Source: Candidatus Poribacteria bacterium
Lineage (GTDB): Bacteria > Poribacteria > WGA-4E > UBA9662
DNA: 64,000 bases
Reading direction: 5' to 3'
NCBI GenBank assembly: GCA_036339735.1
Contig: JAYZAL010000019.1
Location: forward strand, 42,859-106,858
Shown: positions 39,576 to 48,759 of the stretch, one piece after another
How the letters are laid out: each line of letters starts with the position of its first letter
Position numbering within the stretch: the stretch's first letter is position 1
Translations under genes and position numbers: made by a program
Notes under the pieces: model-generated
Seen by the model: only the letters and a program-made list of their open reading frames with translations
Databases searched by the model: none
What the model was told of the DNA's origin: nothing

Positions 39576-40133
39576 ATGGAGTCGGGAAAAATTCGTTGTT
39601 TCGTAGCAATTGAAATACCAATAGATATCAAGTCTCAATTAGCTTCGATTCAAGAGAAAATTCAATGGGATGAATTATCCTGGGTCGAATCAGAAAATAT
39701 GCATCTTACGGTTAAGTTCGTCGGATTTATGCCCCAAGCGGACCAACCTAAAATCGAAAAAAAATTAATAGAAGTTTCTAATCAACAACGGCCTTTTATT
39801 CTCAGGGTTGGGGATTTAGGTGCTTTCCCTAACTTTTTTCAGCCCAAAGTTCTCTGGGCTGGTATAAAAAACGGTAAAGAAGTTTCGGATCTATCGATTC
39901 GAATAAACAAAGCTTTAAAAGTTATTGGCTATTTACCAGAAAAGAGACAGTTTGTACCTCATATAACTTTGGCCAGAGTTCATACCCCAGTTAATCTACA
40001 AAAACTTGCAGACTATCAGCTCCCAAAAGATCTATCGATAGCAGTCAACCATATATCACTAATGCAGAGTCAGCTGTTATCTTCCGGTGCTGTATATGAT
40101 CGCTTATCGTTATTTTCGTTCGCTTCAGCTTAA
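39576..40133 (+). CDS. thpR: RNA 2',3'-cyclic phosphodiesterase (2H family)
   Basis: RCFVAI, HLTVKF, PHITLAR, SQL...GAVY. Confidence 0.9.
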   Translation: MESGKIRCFVAIEIPIDIKSQLASIQEKIQWDELSWVESENMHLTVKFVGFMPQADQPKIEKKLIEVSNQQRPFILRVGDLGAFPNFFQPKVLWAGIKNGKEVSDLSIRINKALKVIGYLPEKRQFVPHITLARVHTPVNLQKLADYQLPKDLSIAVNHISLMQSQLLSSGAVYDRLSLFSFASA

Positions 40134-40168
40134 ATTGCTTAATTAAATTATTAAGGAGAAATATATAA

Positions 40169-41221
40169 ATGAGTGATTCCGAAAAAAGCCGAATTATTGA
40201 CTTGGCAATAGCTCAAATCGAGAAACAACACGGAAAAGGCTCGATTATGCGCTTTAATAGTGATGATATTGTTCCTGTTGAAGCTATCCCAACTGGTTCA
40301 ATTGGTCTTGATATTGCTCTAGGTGTTGGCGGAGTACCTAGGGGCCGAATAGTTGAAATTTACGGCCACGAAGGAAGTGGGAAAACAACCCTTACGCTTC
40401 ATGTAGTAGCTGAAGCCCAGAAGATGGGGGGGGTTGCGGCTTTTATTGATGTTGAACATGCTATTGATCCTCTCTATGCTCGAAACATCGGTGTTGATAT
40501 GGATAGCGTCCTAATCTCACAACCAGATACTGCCGAGCAGGCATTAGAAATTGCAGAAACTTTAATTCGTAGTGGAGCTATTGATGTGGTTGTCGTTGAC
40601 TCTGTAGCAGCACTAGCTCCTTCAGTTGAGATTGAGGGTGAGATGGGAGATGCTCATGTTGGTGTATTACCACGATTAATGTCAAAAGCTTTGCGTAAGC
40701 TAAGTGGGGTAACTAACCGATCGAAAACGACCGTTATTTTTACCAACCAAATTCGACAGAAGATAGGAGTTATGTTTGGAAATCCGGAAACGACACCTGG
40801 TGGATTAGCTCTTAAATTTCATGCTTCTGTTCGATTGGAAGTTCGGCGAGCTGAAGCTCTAAAAGATGGTGGAGAAACGACCGGAAATCGGGTGCGAGTT
40901 AAAGTTGTCAAAAACAAAGTTGCGCCTCCCTTTACTCAGGTCGAGTTTGATATTGACTTTGGTAAAGGTATTTCTAAAGTCGGTGATTTAATTGATGTGG
41001 GAGTCGATAAAGAAATCGTAAGAAAAAGTGGGGCCTGGTTCTACTATGGTGAGCAGCGACTCGGCCAAGGTAAAGAAAACGCTAAGAATTTTCTGCTTGA
41101 GAACAATGAAGTACGAACTTCCATTGACAAAGAAATTAGATCTGCTCTCAATTTTGGCGATGAGCAAGTAGAAGAGGATACGTTAGAAGATGTAGCTGCT
41201 GATCAGCTAGACGAAGTTTAA
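40169..41221 (+). CDS. recA: Recombinase RecA
   Basis: [40 protein letters not shown]. Confidence 0.99.
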   Translation: MSDSEKSRIIDLAIAQIEKQHGKGSIMRFNSDDIVPVEAIPTGSIGLDIALGVGGVPRGRIVEIYGHEGSGKTTLTLHVVAEAQKMGGVAAFIDVEHAIDPLYARNIGVDMDSVLISQPDTAEQALEIAETLIRSGAIDVVVVDSVAALAPSVEIEGEMGDAHVGVLPRLMSKALRKLSGVTNRSKTTVIFTNQIRQKIGVMFGNPETTPGGLALKFHASVRLEVRRAEALKDGGETTGNRVRVKVVKNKVAPPFTQVEFDIDFGKGISKVGDLIDVGVDKEIVRKSGAWFYYGEQRLGQGKENAKNFLLENNEVRTSIDKEIRSALNFGDEQVEEDTLEDVAADQLDEV

Positions 41222-41227
41222 ACACAA

Positions 41228-41282
41228 AAGAAGTTCGCTCTTCGAGTACATCGGATGAAGCGAACTTCTTGTTTTATTTTTT
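41228..41282. terminator. Terminator after recA (probably bidirectional)
   Basis: aagaagttcgct...agcgaacttctt followed by T-run. Confidence 0.75.
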
Positions 41283-41290
41283 GTTATGCG

Positions 41291-41458
41291 TCAGCGACGT
41301 TTGCTGGGGTCGGATAAGCCTTTCGATGCGGAAGCACTATCTGGCATGCCAAACCCAGCAAAGGGGCCTGATTCGGGCATCTTGTAGAAGAGACCTGCCA
41401 AAACAATAAGTGCTATCAATGCAGCCATCACTACGTAGGCCGCGATTGGTAGTTTCAT
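41291..41458 (-). CDS. 55-aa single-TM small protein (below the ORF track cutoff)
   Basis: AGGAGG SD before ATG; MKLPIAAYVVMAALIALIVLAGLFYKMPESGPFAGFGMPDSASASKGLSDPSKRR. Confidence 0.7.
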   Translation of the reverse strand: MKLPIAAYVVMAALIALIVLAGLFYKMPESGPFAGFGMPDSASASKGLSDPSKRR

Positions 41459-41604
41459 CTTTTCCTCCTAGAGAATTGAGCCTGGTTCCCATTTTAAAGT
41501 CAGGTTTTTTTGCATTGAAACAATGATCTATTACTGCTATTTTAGCATTAAGCCGGTTTCTATGCGAGATTTTTTAAAACAGTATTTCAGGAGCAGGGAA
41601 AAAA

Positions 41605-43497
41605 ATGAATACGCTATTAATTGCAGTTGCTAGCTTTGTTGGTTTCATTGTTGCTTATCATACCTATGGTAGATGGTTAGCAAGTAAAATTTTTGGCTTG
41701 GATTCAGAAGCTGTGGTTCCAAGCCAAGAAATGAGAGACGATATTGATTATGTTCCGACCAAGCGTGAGATTATTTTTGGACATCATTTTACCAGTATTG
41801 CTGGTACTGGGCCAATTGTCGGACCTGCTATTGCTGTGTTTTGGGGGTGGTTACCAGCTCTTTTATGGGTGATCCTAGGCTCGATTTTCATTGGTGCTGT
41901 ACATGATTTTGGTGCTTTGGTGATTTCGATGAGGAATCGTGGGCAGACAGTAGGTGATATTGCAGGGCGAATGATCACACCTAGAGCAAAAATTTTCTTT
42001 TTATTGGTTCTGTTTATGTCTCTGACAATTGTTTTAGCCATTTTTGGATTAGTTATAGCTTTAATTTTTGCGCTCTACCCAGAATCAGTCTTGTCCGTCT
42101 GGATCGAAATCCCATTGGCTATCTCTATTGGTATATGGATTCACAGAAAAGGTAAAAGCTTACTGATACCCTCCGTCTTAGCTTTAGGGGTTATGTACGT
42201 TTCAATGGCAGTTGGGGCTTATATTTTACCGATTGATTTGTCTCGCTTATTTGGTCTTCCGTTGGTAGGGCAAACACTAGCCAATGTGGTAGTTGTTTGG
42301 ACAATGATTCTATTCGTTTATTGTTTCATCGCATCGGTTTTGCCCGTTTGGACTCTTTTGCAACCTAGGGATTATATTAATTCTCATGAATTAATTGTAG
42401 CTCTAGGGTTACTCATTATAGGATTGGTTATAGCAGGTGTAACAGGCAAAGCTGATTTGCTTGTGTCGGCGCCTGCAGTCGCAAATAAAATTCCGATTGA
42501 TGCACCACCAATTATGCCATTTTTGTTTATTACTATCGCTTGTGGCGCTATTAGCGGATTTCATTGTTTAGTTAGTTCAGGTACATCTAGTAAACAGATC
42601 GAAAGTGAAGCAGATGCTCAGTACGTTGGATATGGCGCCATGCTTCTGGAAGGTGGATTGGCTGTGGTTGTAATTTTAGCCTGTTGCGCCGGAATTGGTA
42701 TGGGATTGTTCGAAAAAAGTGGTACTGGTGCTAGTTATGCCTTTACTCCCGTCGTAGACCAATCGACTGGTAAACAGATATCAGGCCGATTAGCTTGGGA
42801 GTCTCGGTATTCGGCAGAAATCAGTCAGATAGATGGAAAGCTAGTCGGGGGATGGAAGAACCACAGCTTGGGTAAAAAGGTGAGTGCCTTTATTGATGGA
42901 GGTGGAAATTTTCTATCTGTCATTGGTATTCCTCTGAAAATGGGCATTACGATAATGGCAGTATTAGTAGCGAGTTTTGCTGCAACCACTTTAGATTCGG
43001 CGACAAGACTTCAGCGCTACGTTATTCAAGAACTTGGTCAGACCCTTAGCTTATCTTTTGTTACCAATCGTTATGTGTCCACCGCAATAGCATTGATTTT
43101 AGGAGGAGCCGTCGCTTTACTACCAGGTCCTAGTGGGCCTGGTAGTGGTGGGATGATCCTATGGCCTTTATTCGGAGCAACTAATCAACTACTGGCAGGT
43201 TTAGCTTTCATGGTGATTCTCTTTTACTTGATTCGCCGCAATAAACCTGTTTGGTTTGTTGCTTTGCCAATGTTGGCTATGATAATAATGCCAACTTGGG
43301 CCATGATGCATAACATATTTAATCCCGAAACAGGTTGGTGGATTAATCAAAAGTACTTGCTAGTCTGCTTTGGCCTTGGAATTCAATTCTTGCAATTTTG
43401 GATACTTGTAGAGGGTTTGACCGCGCTGAAGAATGCAAAAGGTAATTATCCGGAATTGCCTCCGATAGAAAAAAGCCAAGCACAAGTGGTTAGCTAA
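41605..43497 (+). CDS. cstA: Carbon starvation protein A family transporter
   Basis: GHHFTSIAGTGPIVGP, GAVHDF, LLQPRDYI, IACGAISGFH, WPLFGATNQLLA. Confidence 0.95.
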   Translation: MNTLLIAVASFVGFIVAYHTYGRWLASKIFGLDSEAVVPSQEMRDDIDYVPTKREIIFGHHFTSIAGTGPIVGPAIAVFWGWLPALLWVILGSIFIGAVHDFGALVISMRNRGQTVGDIAGRMITPRAKIFFLLVLFMSLTIVLAIFGLVIALIFALYPESVLSVWIEIPLAISIGIWIHRKGKSLLIPSVLALGVMYVSMAVGAYILPIDLSRLFGLPLVGQTLANVVVVWTMILFVYCFIASVLPVWTLLQPRDYINSHELIVALGLLIIGLVIAGVTGKADLLVSAPAVANKIPIDAPPIMPFLFITIACGAISGFHCLVSSGTSSKQIESEADAQYVGYGAMLLEGGLAVVVILACCAGIGMGLFEKSGTGASYAFTPVVDQSTGKQISGRLAWESRYSAEISQIDGKLVGGWKNHSLGKKVSAFIDGGGNFLSVIGIPLKMGITIMAVLVASFAATTLDSATRLQRYVIQELGQTLSLSFVTNRYVSTAIALILGGAVALLPGPSGPGSGGMILWPLFGATNQLLAGLAFMVILFYLIRRNKPVWFVALPMLAMIIMPTWAMMHNIFNPETGWWINQKYLLVCFGLGIQFLQFWILVEGLTALKNAKGNYPELPPIEKSQAQVVS

Positions 43498-43502
43498 CTC
43501 GC

Positions 43503-43531
43503 TTGACGGCTATTGATTTGAATAGTATAAT
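43503..43531 (+). promoter_or_regulatory. Sigma70-type promoter
   Basis: TTGACG-17nt-TATAAT. Confidence 0.75.
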
Positions 43532-43596
43532 TCGCCGAGTTTGGCCTTCGCTCGGAGTGCCGTTTTTAGAAAAAATAGACTAACAGGAAAGATCTG

Positions 43597-45498
43597 GTGT
43601 TAAAAAATCTCAAAAGTATTACCGTATTGGTACTAGTGTTGATTTTAGGTGTGGTATGTTTATCTGCCCAACAGTGGGAAGTGGTAAAAAGTGCCAAATG
43701 GCAGGCCAAGTTCAACGATGTGTTCTTTTTGGATAATTCGACTCAAGTAGGTTGGATTGTTGGTTCTCACTCTACTATTCTGCATACCAAAGACGGCGGA
43801 AAAAATTGGGAACGTCAGCCGAACGTACCATTTCCATCTTCTTTTGATAAGATAGAACTCAATAAAATTCGTTTTATATCTTCAACCATGGGATGGGTTT
43901 GTGGTGATAATGGAACGGTTCTAAAAACGATAGATGGCGGAAAAACTTGGGATAAGCTGAACACCGGTACCAATACCGTACTAGTTGCCATTACTTTCGC
44001 CGACGAAAATAATGGCTGGGCTGGTGGTGATGGTGGTTATGTTACTCATACCAACGACGGTGGTCGAAGTTGGAATGCTCAAGATACAAAAACTAACAAC
44101 GTAATTATGGGTATATCTTTCAAAAGTCCAACCGTGGGTTGGGCTGTTGGTGGAGGCGGAACGGTTCTCGGTACTGTTGATGGTGGGCAAACCTGGAAGT
44201 CACAGAAAAGTGGAACAGCATCAACTTTGGACGCACTGTTTATGTTGACCGATCAGGTCGGCTGGGCTTCGGGTGGTAATGGAGCTCTTATACATACTGC
44301 TGACGGAGGAAAAACTTGGGAAAGTCAGGAAAGTAAGGTGCCAAATACCAATGGTATGCCAGAGCCAATTTGGGGTATACACTTTGCTGATGAAAACCAT
44401 GGTTACGGTGCAGCTGAGTTTGGTGTTATCTTGGCGACCGTTGATGGTGGTAAAACTTGGACTACTAGACCTCAGGTAGAACGTCCGGTACAGAAAAAGC
44501 TAAATTCAGTTCACTTAGTAAGTCCGAAAGAGGCTTGGATCGTCGGTGATTTCAGCACTGTTTTGCATACGACTGACGGTGGTAAAAACTGGGAAGTTGT
44601 ATCGAGTAATAGCGATCTGACTCGAGTATCTTTCTACGAAAATCAAGGCTGGGCGATCGGTTTGGCCGGTGCTGTTATGCACAGTTCTGACGAGGGGCAA
44701 ACTTGGAAGGACCAGATTAGTGGTAATGCTTTCGAGCTGTTTGGTGTTGGATTTACCTCTGAACAACGGGGTTACATCGTTGGTAGCAATGCAACCTTAC
44801 TGGAAACAAAAAATGCGGGTTCGAAGTGGCATATGGTTAATGACCCTAGAGATGAAGGACATGGAACTGCTACGCGGATCGTATTTGATGATCCAATGAC
44901 CAGTTGGAAAAGTGCTTTGGGCTTCTACAATTTGCATTTCCCCACATCCACTCACGGTTGGGGGGTTGGTGAAATGGGCAAAATTGCGGTTACTACGGAT
45001 GGTGGCGAAAATTGGTATGGTCAATCGACGAACAATCCTCAGATAGACTTCAATAACTTATTTGGAGTACATTTTGTAAGTGAAACAACGGGATGGGTTG
45101 TTGGTGCGGGGGGATCCGTAGCAAAGACAATAGATGCAGGTAAGACTTGGTTCGCACAATACTCAGGGCCCGAAGAATTGCGGGCCGTTTTCGCGGTTGA
45201 TGTCAATACTGGTTGGATCGTTGGATCAGATGGCGCTATTTATCACACCGCTGATGGTGGAAGTAGTTGGTCAAGGCAAGTTGCTCCTGTAAAAGCGACA
45301 CTTACTGGTGTTGTCTTTTCTGATTCAAAAATGGGTTGGATCTCGGGTGATGATGGAACACTCTTGCATACTCAGGATGGAGGTGTAACTTGGTTGCAAC
45401 AAGAAAGTCCAACTACTAATAACCTCGCGGACATAACACTTTCTAAATCTGGTAATGTTTGGGCTGTTGGTGAATCTGGAACAATCCTTCGCTACTAA
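43597..45498 (+). CDS. Secreted YCF48/BNR-repeat double beta-propeller protein
   Basis: Signal peptide; many GWxxGxxGxxxxTxDGGxxW repeats. Confidence 0.9.
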   Translation: MLKNLKSITVLVLVLILGVVCLSAQQWEVVKSAKWQAKFNDVFFLDNSTQVGWIVGSHSTILHTKDGGKNWERQPNVPFPSSFDKIELNKIRFISSTMGWVCGDNGTVLKTIDGGKTWDKLNTGTNTVLVAITFADENNGWAGGDGGYVTHTNDGGRSWNAQDTKTNNVIMGISFKSPTVGWAVGGGGTVLGTVDGGQTWKSQKSGTASTLDALFMLTDQVGWASGGNGALIHTADGGKTWESQESKVPNTNGMPEPIWGIHFADENHGYGAAEFGVILATVDGGKTWTTRPQVERPVQKKLNSVHLVSPKEAWIVGDFSTVLHTTDGGKNWEVVSSNSDLTRVSFYENQGWAIGLAGAVMHSSDEGQTWKDQISGNAFELFGVGFTSEQRGYIVGSNATLLETKNAGSKWHMVNDPRDEGHGTATRIVFDDPMTSWKSALGFYNLHFPTSTHGWGVGEMGKIAVTTDGGENWYGQSTNNPQIDFNNLFGVHFVSETTGWVVGAGGSVAKTIDAGKTWFAQYSGPEELRAVFAVDVNTGWIVGSDGAIYHTADGGSSWSRQVAPVKATLTGVVFSDSKMGWISGDDGTLLHTQDGGVTWLQQESPTTNNLADITLSKSGNVWAVGESGTILRY

Positions 45499-45548
45499 TA
45501 GGATTTGTTTGCTTGACAATTGATTTAGTAGCCCACTACTTGGAGATG

Positions 45549-45585
45549 AGTGCCGTAGTCAATAACACACGGCACTTTGTTTTTT
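45549..45585 (+). terminator. Intrinsic terminator hairpin
   Basis: agtgccgt...acggcact followed by T-run. Confidence 0.65.
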
Positions 45586-45613
45586 GCTTCCTGCTAGATA
45601 CCTTCATTTCGTA

Positions 45614-47089
45614 ATGATTAAGAAAGAGCCCAGGTATTTTTATTATCTATTAACTTTCTTGGTTTACTATTGCCTTTCGTCTTATATCATTTCATTAGCA
45701 ACCAGCCAAGAAAAAAATGAGCCACTTGTTTTTACCTTGATCGATAGTGTTGATCATGCACACAAGCATAACCTGAAAATTCAGAGCTTGATTGATAAAC
45801 TCAATTTGCGCAAAAAGCAGCTCCGAGTAGCCCGTCCAATTGGATTACCACAGGTAAACCTAAATTCAAATTACACATATGCTAGGGATTTACCCAAATC
45901 CATTATCGACTTTGGGGGAAATTCGCCGTTTCCTGATTTTCAATCACCAATGCAACCGTTGGCTTCGCAACAGGTCGAAGAGAAAACTAATGAACTACAA
46001 CCTCCAATTTTATCTGAAGATGTAGAAGGAAAATCCAGCATTACAGAAATGGAGTTCGGTGCACACCATACTTTTCAAGGTGGGTTGTCTTTGGTTCAAC
46101 CGCTGTTTTCTTGGGGACGTTATTACTACACTTATCGTAGTGCAAAGGCCACACTGTCAGCCAGTAAATCAGAATTAGCAGAAGCTTACAATCAACTCAA
46201 CTTAGACGTGGCGACTGCATTTTACCGCCTTTTGCTGAGTATGGAGTTTGTGAAAGTTTCAAAGCAAACTGTGGAGTTTTCTAATCGGCAACTTGAGATT
46301 GCTCAAGATCTTCTTGCATCTGGAGCCTCAACTAACTTTGATGTTATTCGTGCTAAAGTGCAAGTGGCTAACTCTAGATCGACTTACATTCGATCGAAAA
46401 ACGCGGTCAATTTAGCCAAGGACGCCTTCAAGAATGTGCTAAACTTGGATTTTGATCAAGATATACAAGTTAGCGGAGATTTCCGCTATGAGCGGATCGA
46501 CTGGCTTCTTGATGACTTAATTGAATGGTCTCTTATAAATCGATCAGATTTACAGCAGGTAGAACAATTAAAACAAGCTGCTCAAGAAATGGTCAAGGTT
46601 ACACAAGCGGCGACTCGACCCAGTTTATCTTTTTTAGCTGACTATAGGATAGATGACAACGAAAAATTAACTGAGATGAACAAGGTGTGGAATGTCGGTT
46701 TGGCTCTTAGTTTCCCGATTTTTGACGGTTTAATGACTTATTATCGTGTACAAGAAGCAAAATCAGCGGTTTCCCAGTTGGCCGTTCAACATTCACAGTT
46801 AGAAGACGGAATTCAACAGGAAGTAAGAGCTGCTTACCTACAAATTTTGGAAGCCCAATCGCTGATGGATGTACAGAAGGAAACAGTTGAGCAAGCTAAC
46901 GAAGGTCTCCGGTTGGCTGATCTGCAGTACAAAAATGGTTTGATTACTAGTGTTGAATTAACCGACGCCCAGTTAGCACTGACACAAAGCGAAGTAAACC
47001 GGATTCAGGCTCAGCATGATTATTCAGTAGCACTAGTTCGTCTAGAAAAGGCAATAGGACAATCACTTTCAACATTAAAGAAAAAATAA
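45614..47089 (+). CDS. TolC-family outer-membrane protein
   Basis: LPQVNL, QPLFSWG, VATAFY, FPIFDG, GLITSVEL, LEKAIG. Confidence 0.9.
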   Translation: MIKKEPRYFYYLLTFLVYYCLSSYIISLATSQEKNEPLVFTLIDSVDHAHKHNLKIQSLIDKLNLRKKQLRVARPIGLPQVNLNSNYTYARDLPKSIIDFGGNSPFPDFQSPMQPLASQQVEEKTNELQPPILSEDVEGKSSITEMEFGAHHTFQGGLSLVQPLFSWGRYYYTYRSAKATLSASKSELAEAYNQLNLDVATAFYRLLLSMEFVKVSKQTVEFSNRQLEIAQDLLASGASTNFDVIRAKVQVANSRSTYIRSKNAVNLAKDAFKNVLNLDFDQDIQVSGDFRYERIDWLLDDLIEWSLINRSDLQQVEQLKQAAQEMVKVTQAATRPSLSFLADYRIDDNEKLTEMNKVWNVGLALSFPIFDGLMTYYRVQEAKSAVSQLAVQHSQLEDGIQQEVRAAYLQILEAQSLMDVQKETVEQANEGLRLADLQYKNGLITSVELTDAQLALTQSEVNRIQAQHDYSVALVRLEKAIGQSLSTLKKK

Positions 47090-47097
47090 ATAGATAA

Positions 47098-48747
47098 ATG
47101 ATGTTCATAAAACGTTTTCCTTCATTCTTGACTTCTTTGATTTCCTTACTGGGAGCAATATTATTTTTAGGAGCGGCTGCTTGTCAACCATCGAAACAGA
47201 GTGAACGGATCACGGAACAAAAATCTGAACAGTTGGGCACCCAAGGTTTAGCAAAAACTAGCAAACCCGTAGAAGTAGCGGTTGCTAAAACTGATGAAAT
47301 CCGCTCTGAGCTAAATCTCTCAGGAACCATTATGCCTAATGCAAAAGTCTCCATATTTTCTAAAATGGCGGGACAGATTGTGAAAATGCCAGTAGAAGTC
47401 GGTCAACAGGTCAATAAAGGAGACCTTTTAGCAGTAATCGAACACGAAGAATTATTGCTTAATAAGCGTCAAGCGCAAGCTGCCTATAGGTCTGCTGAGG
47501 CTGCGTATAACCAAGTTCAAAAATTGGCACGTATCCAAATCGAAGGTCAAGTTGCACAGGCACAAGCTAGCGTGTCTGCTGCTGAGACATCATTACAACA
47601 GGTAAAAGATTTATCTGAAACTAGAGCAAAATCTCAAATCCAACAGGCTGAATCTGGTTTGGCTTCACTCCAAGCAAACTTGGAAAAGATCAAGCGTGGT
47701 GCTCGGGCTGAAGACCGTCAACAAGCTCAAGCGGCTGTTGACCAAGCTAAAGCTAGTTTATCAAACGCAAAAAGCAATTTTGAACGTTTGCAACAATTGT
47801 TCGAAGATGGTGCTATTAGTCTTCAGTCTTTCGAGAGTTCACAGACGCAACTTGATATTTCTAAAGCACAATACCAGATGGCACTTGAGCAGCAAAAGCT
47901 GATTGAGAAAGGAGCTCAAGTAGAAGATATTCAATCAATGGAGGCCCAAGTGGAGCAAGCCAAGGCTGCACTGAGTTTGGCCCAAGTATCTAGTCAGACC
48001 AAATCATGGGAGAAAGATATTGCTTTGTCAAAGTCACAGGTTGAAGCAGCAAAAGCTGGCCTTCGAACAGCCCAGTCATCTTTAGAGGCTAAGAGTTGGG
48101 AAGTAGAAATCATAGCAGCTGAAACACAAATGATACGAGCTCAAACTACTTTGAATTTAGTGAATAAGCAACTGAGTGATTCATCGATCGAGGCTACGAT
48201 TACAGGGGTAATTTCTGCTCGCAATTTTGATTTAGGTAGTATGGCAGTACCAAATGTTGCATTATTTGAAATTGTTCAAATGGAACAGCTAAAGGTTATC
48301 ATCAACGTAATAGAATCGGATCTGGCTAAAATATCACTGGGCCGTGAAGTCACAATTAATGTTGATGTTTCTAATACAGATATTTTTGGAGAAATTATCC
48401 GAATTAGCCCAACACTCGATTTAGTCAGCCGGTCAGCTAGAGTAGAGATCAAAGTCGATAATACGATTGGCCAACTTAAGCCTGGTATGTTTGCCAAGGT
48501 GAATATTCCGGTCGAGGTGCGAGAAAATGTTGTATTAATTCCGCGTTCAGCGCTGATTGGAAGTCAAAAGGAACAATCTTCCGTTTTCGTCGTTGATGAA
48601 AATAATACGGGACAGCGTCGCCAAGTAAAACTGGGTTTAAGTCAGGGAGATATCGTGGAAGTAGATGGTATCGATGATGGTGATCGTGTCATTGTTGCTG
48701 GCCAATTTTCTTTAAAAAGTGGAGATTTGGTTAGAGTCGTAGATTAA
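47098..48747 (+). CDS. Periplasmic adaptor (membrane fusion protein) with long alpha-hairpin, probable lipoprotein
   Basis: AAAC lipobox-like; G.I....VEVGQ.V..GD; long coiled coil; LKPGMFA; IPRSA; GDRVIVAG. Confidence 0.9.
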   Translation: MMFIKRFPSFLTSLISLLGAILFLGAAACQPSKQSERITEQKSEQLGTQGLAKTSKPVEVAVAKTDEIRSELNLSGTIMPNAKVSIFSKMAGQIVKMPVEVGQQVNKGDLLAVIEHEELLLNKRQAQAAYRSAEAAYNQVQKLARIQIEGQVAQAQASVSAAETSLQQVKDLSETRAKSQIQQAESGLASLQANLEKIKRGARAEDRQQAQAAVDQAKASLSNAKSNFERLQQLFEDGAISLQSFESSQTQLDISKAQYQMALEQQKLIEKGAQVEDIQSMEAQVEQAKAALSLAQVSSQTKSWEKDIALSKSQVEAAKAGLRTAQSSLEAKSWEVEIIAAETQMIRAQTTLNLVNKQLSDSSIEATITGVISARNFDLGSMAVPNVALFEIVQMEQLKVIINVIESDLAKISLGREVTINVDVSNTDIFGEIIRISPTLDLVSRSARVEIKVDNTIGQLKPGMFAKVNIPVEVRENVVLIPRSALIGSQKEQSSVFVVDENNTGQRRQVKLGLSQGDIVEVDGIDDGDRVIVAGQFSLKSGDLVRVVD

Positions 48748-48759
48748 AATAACTTTCTT

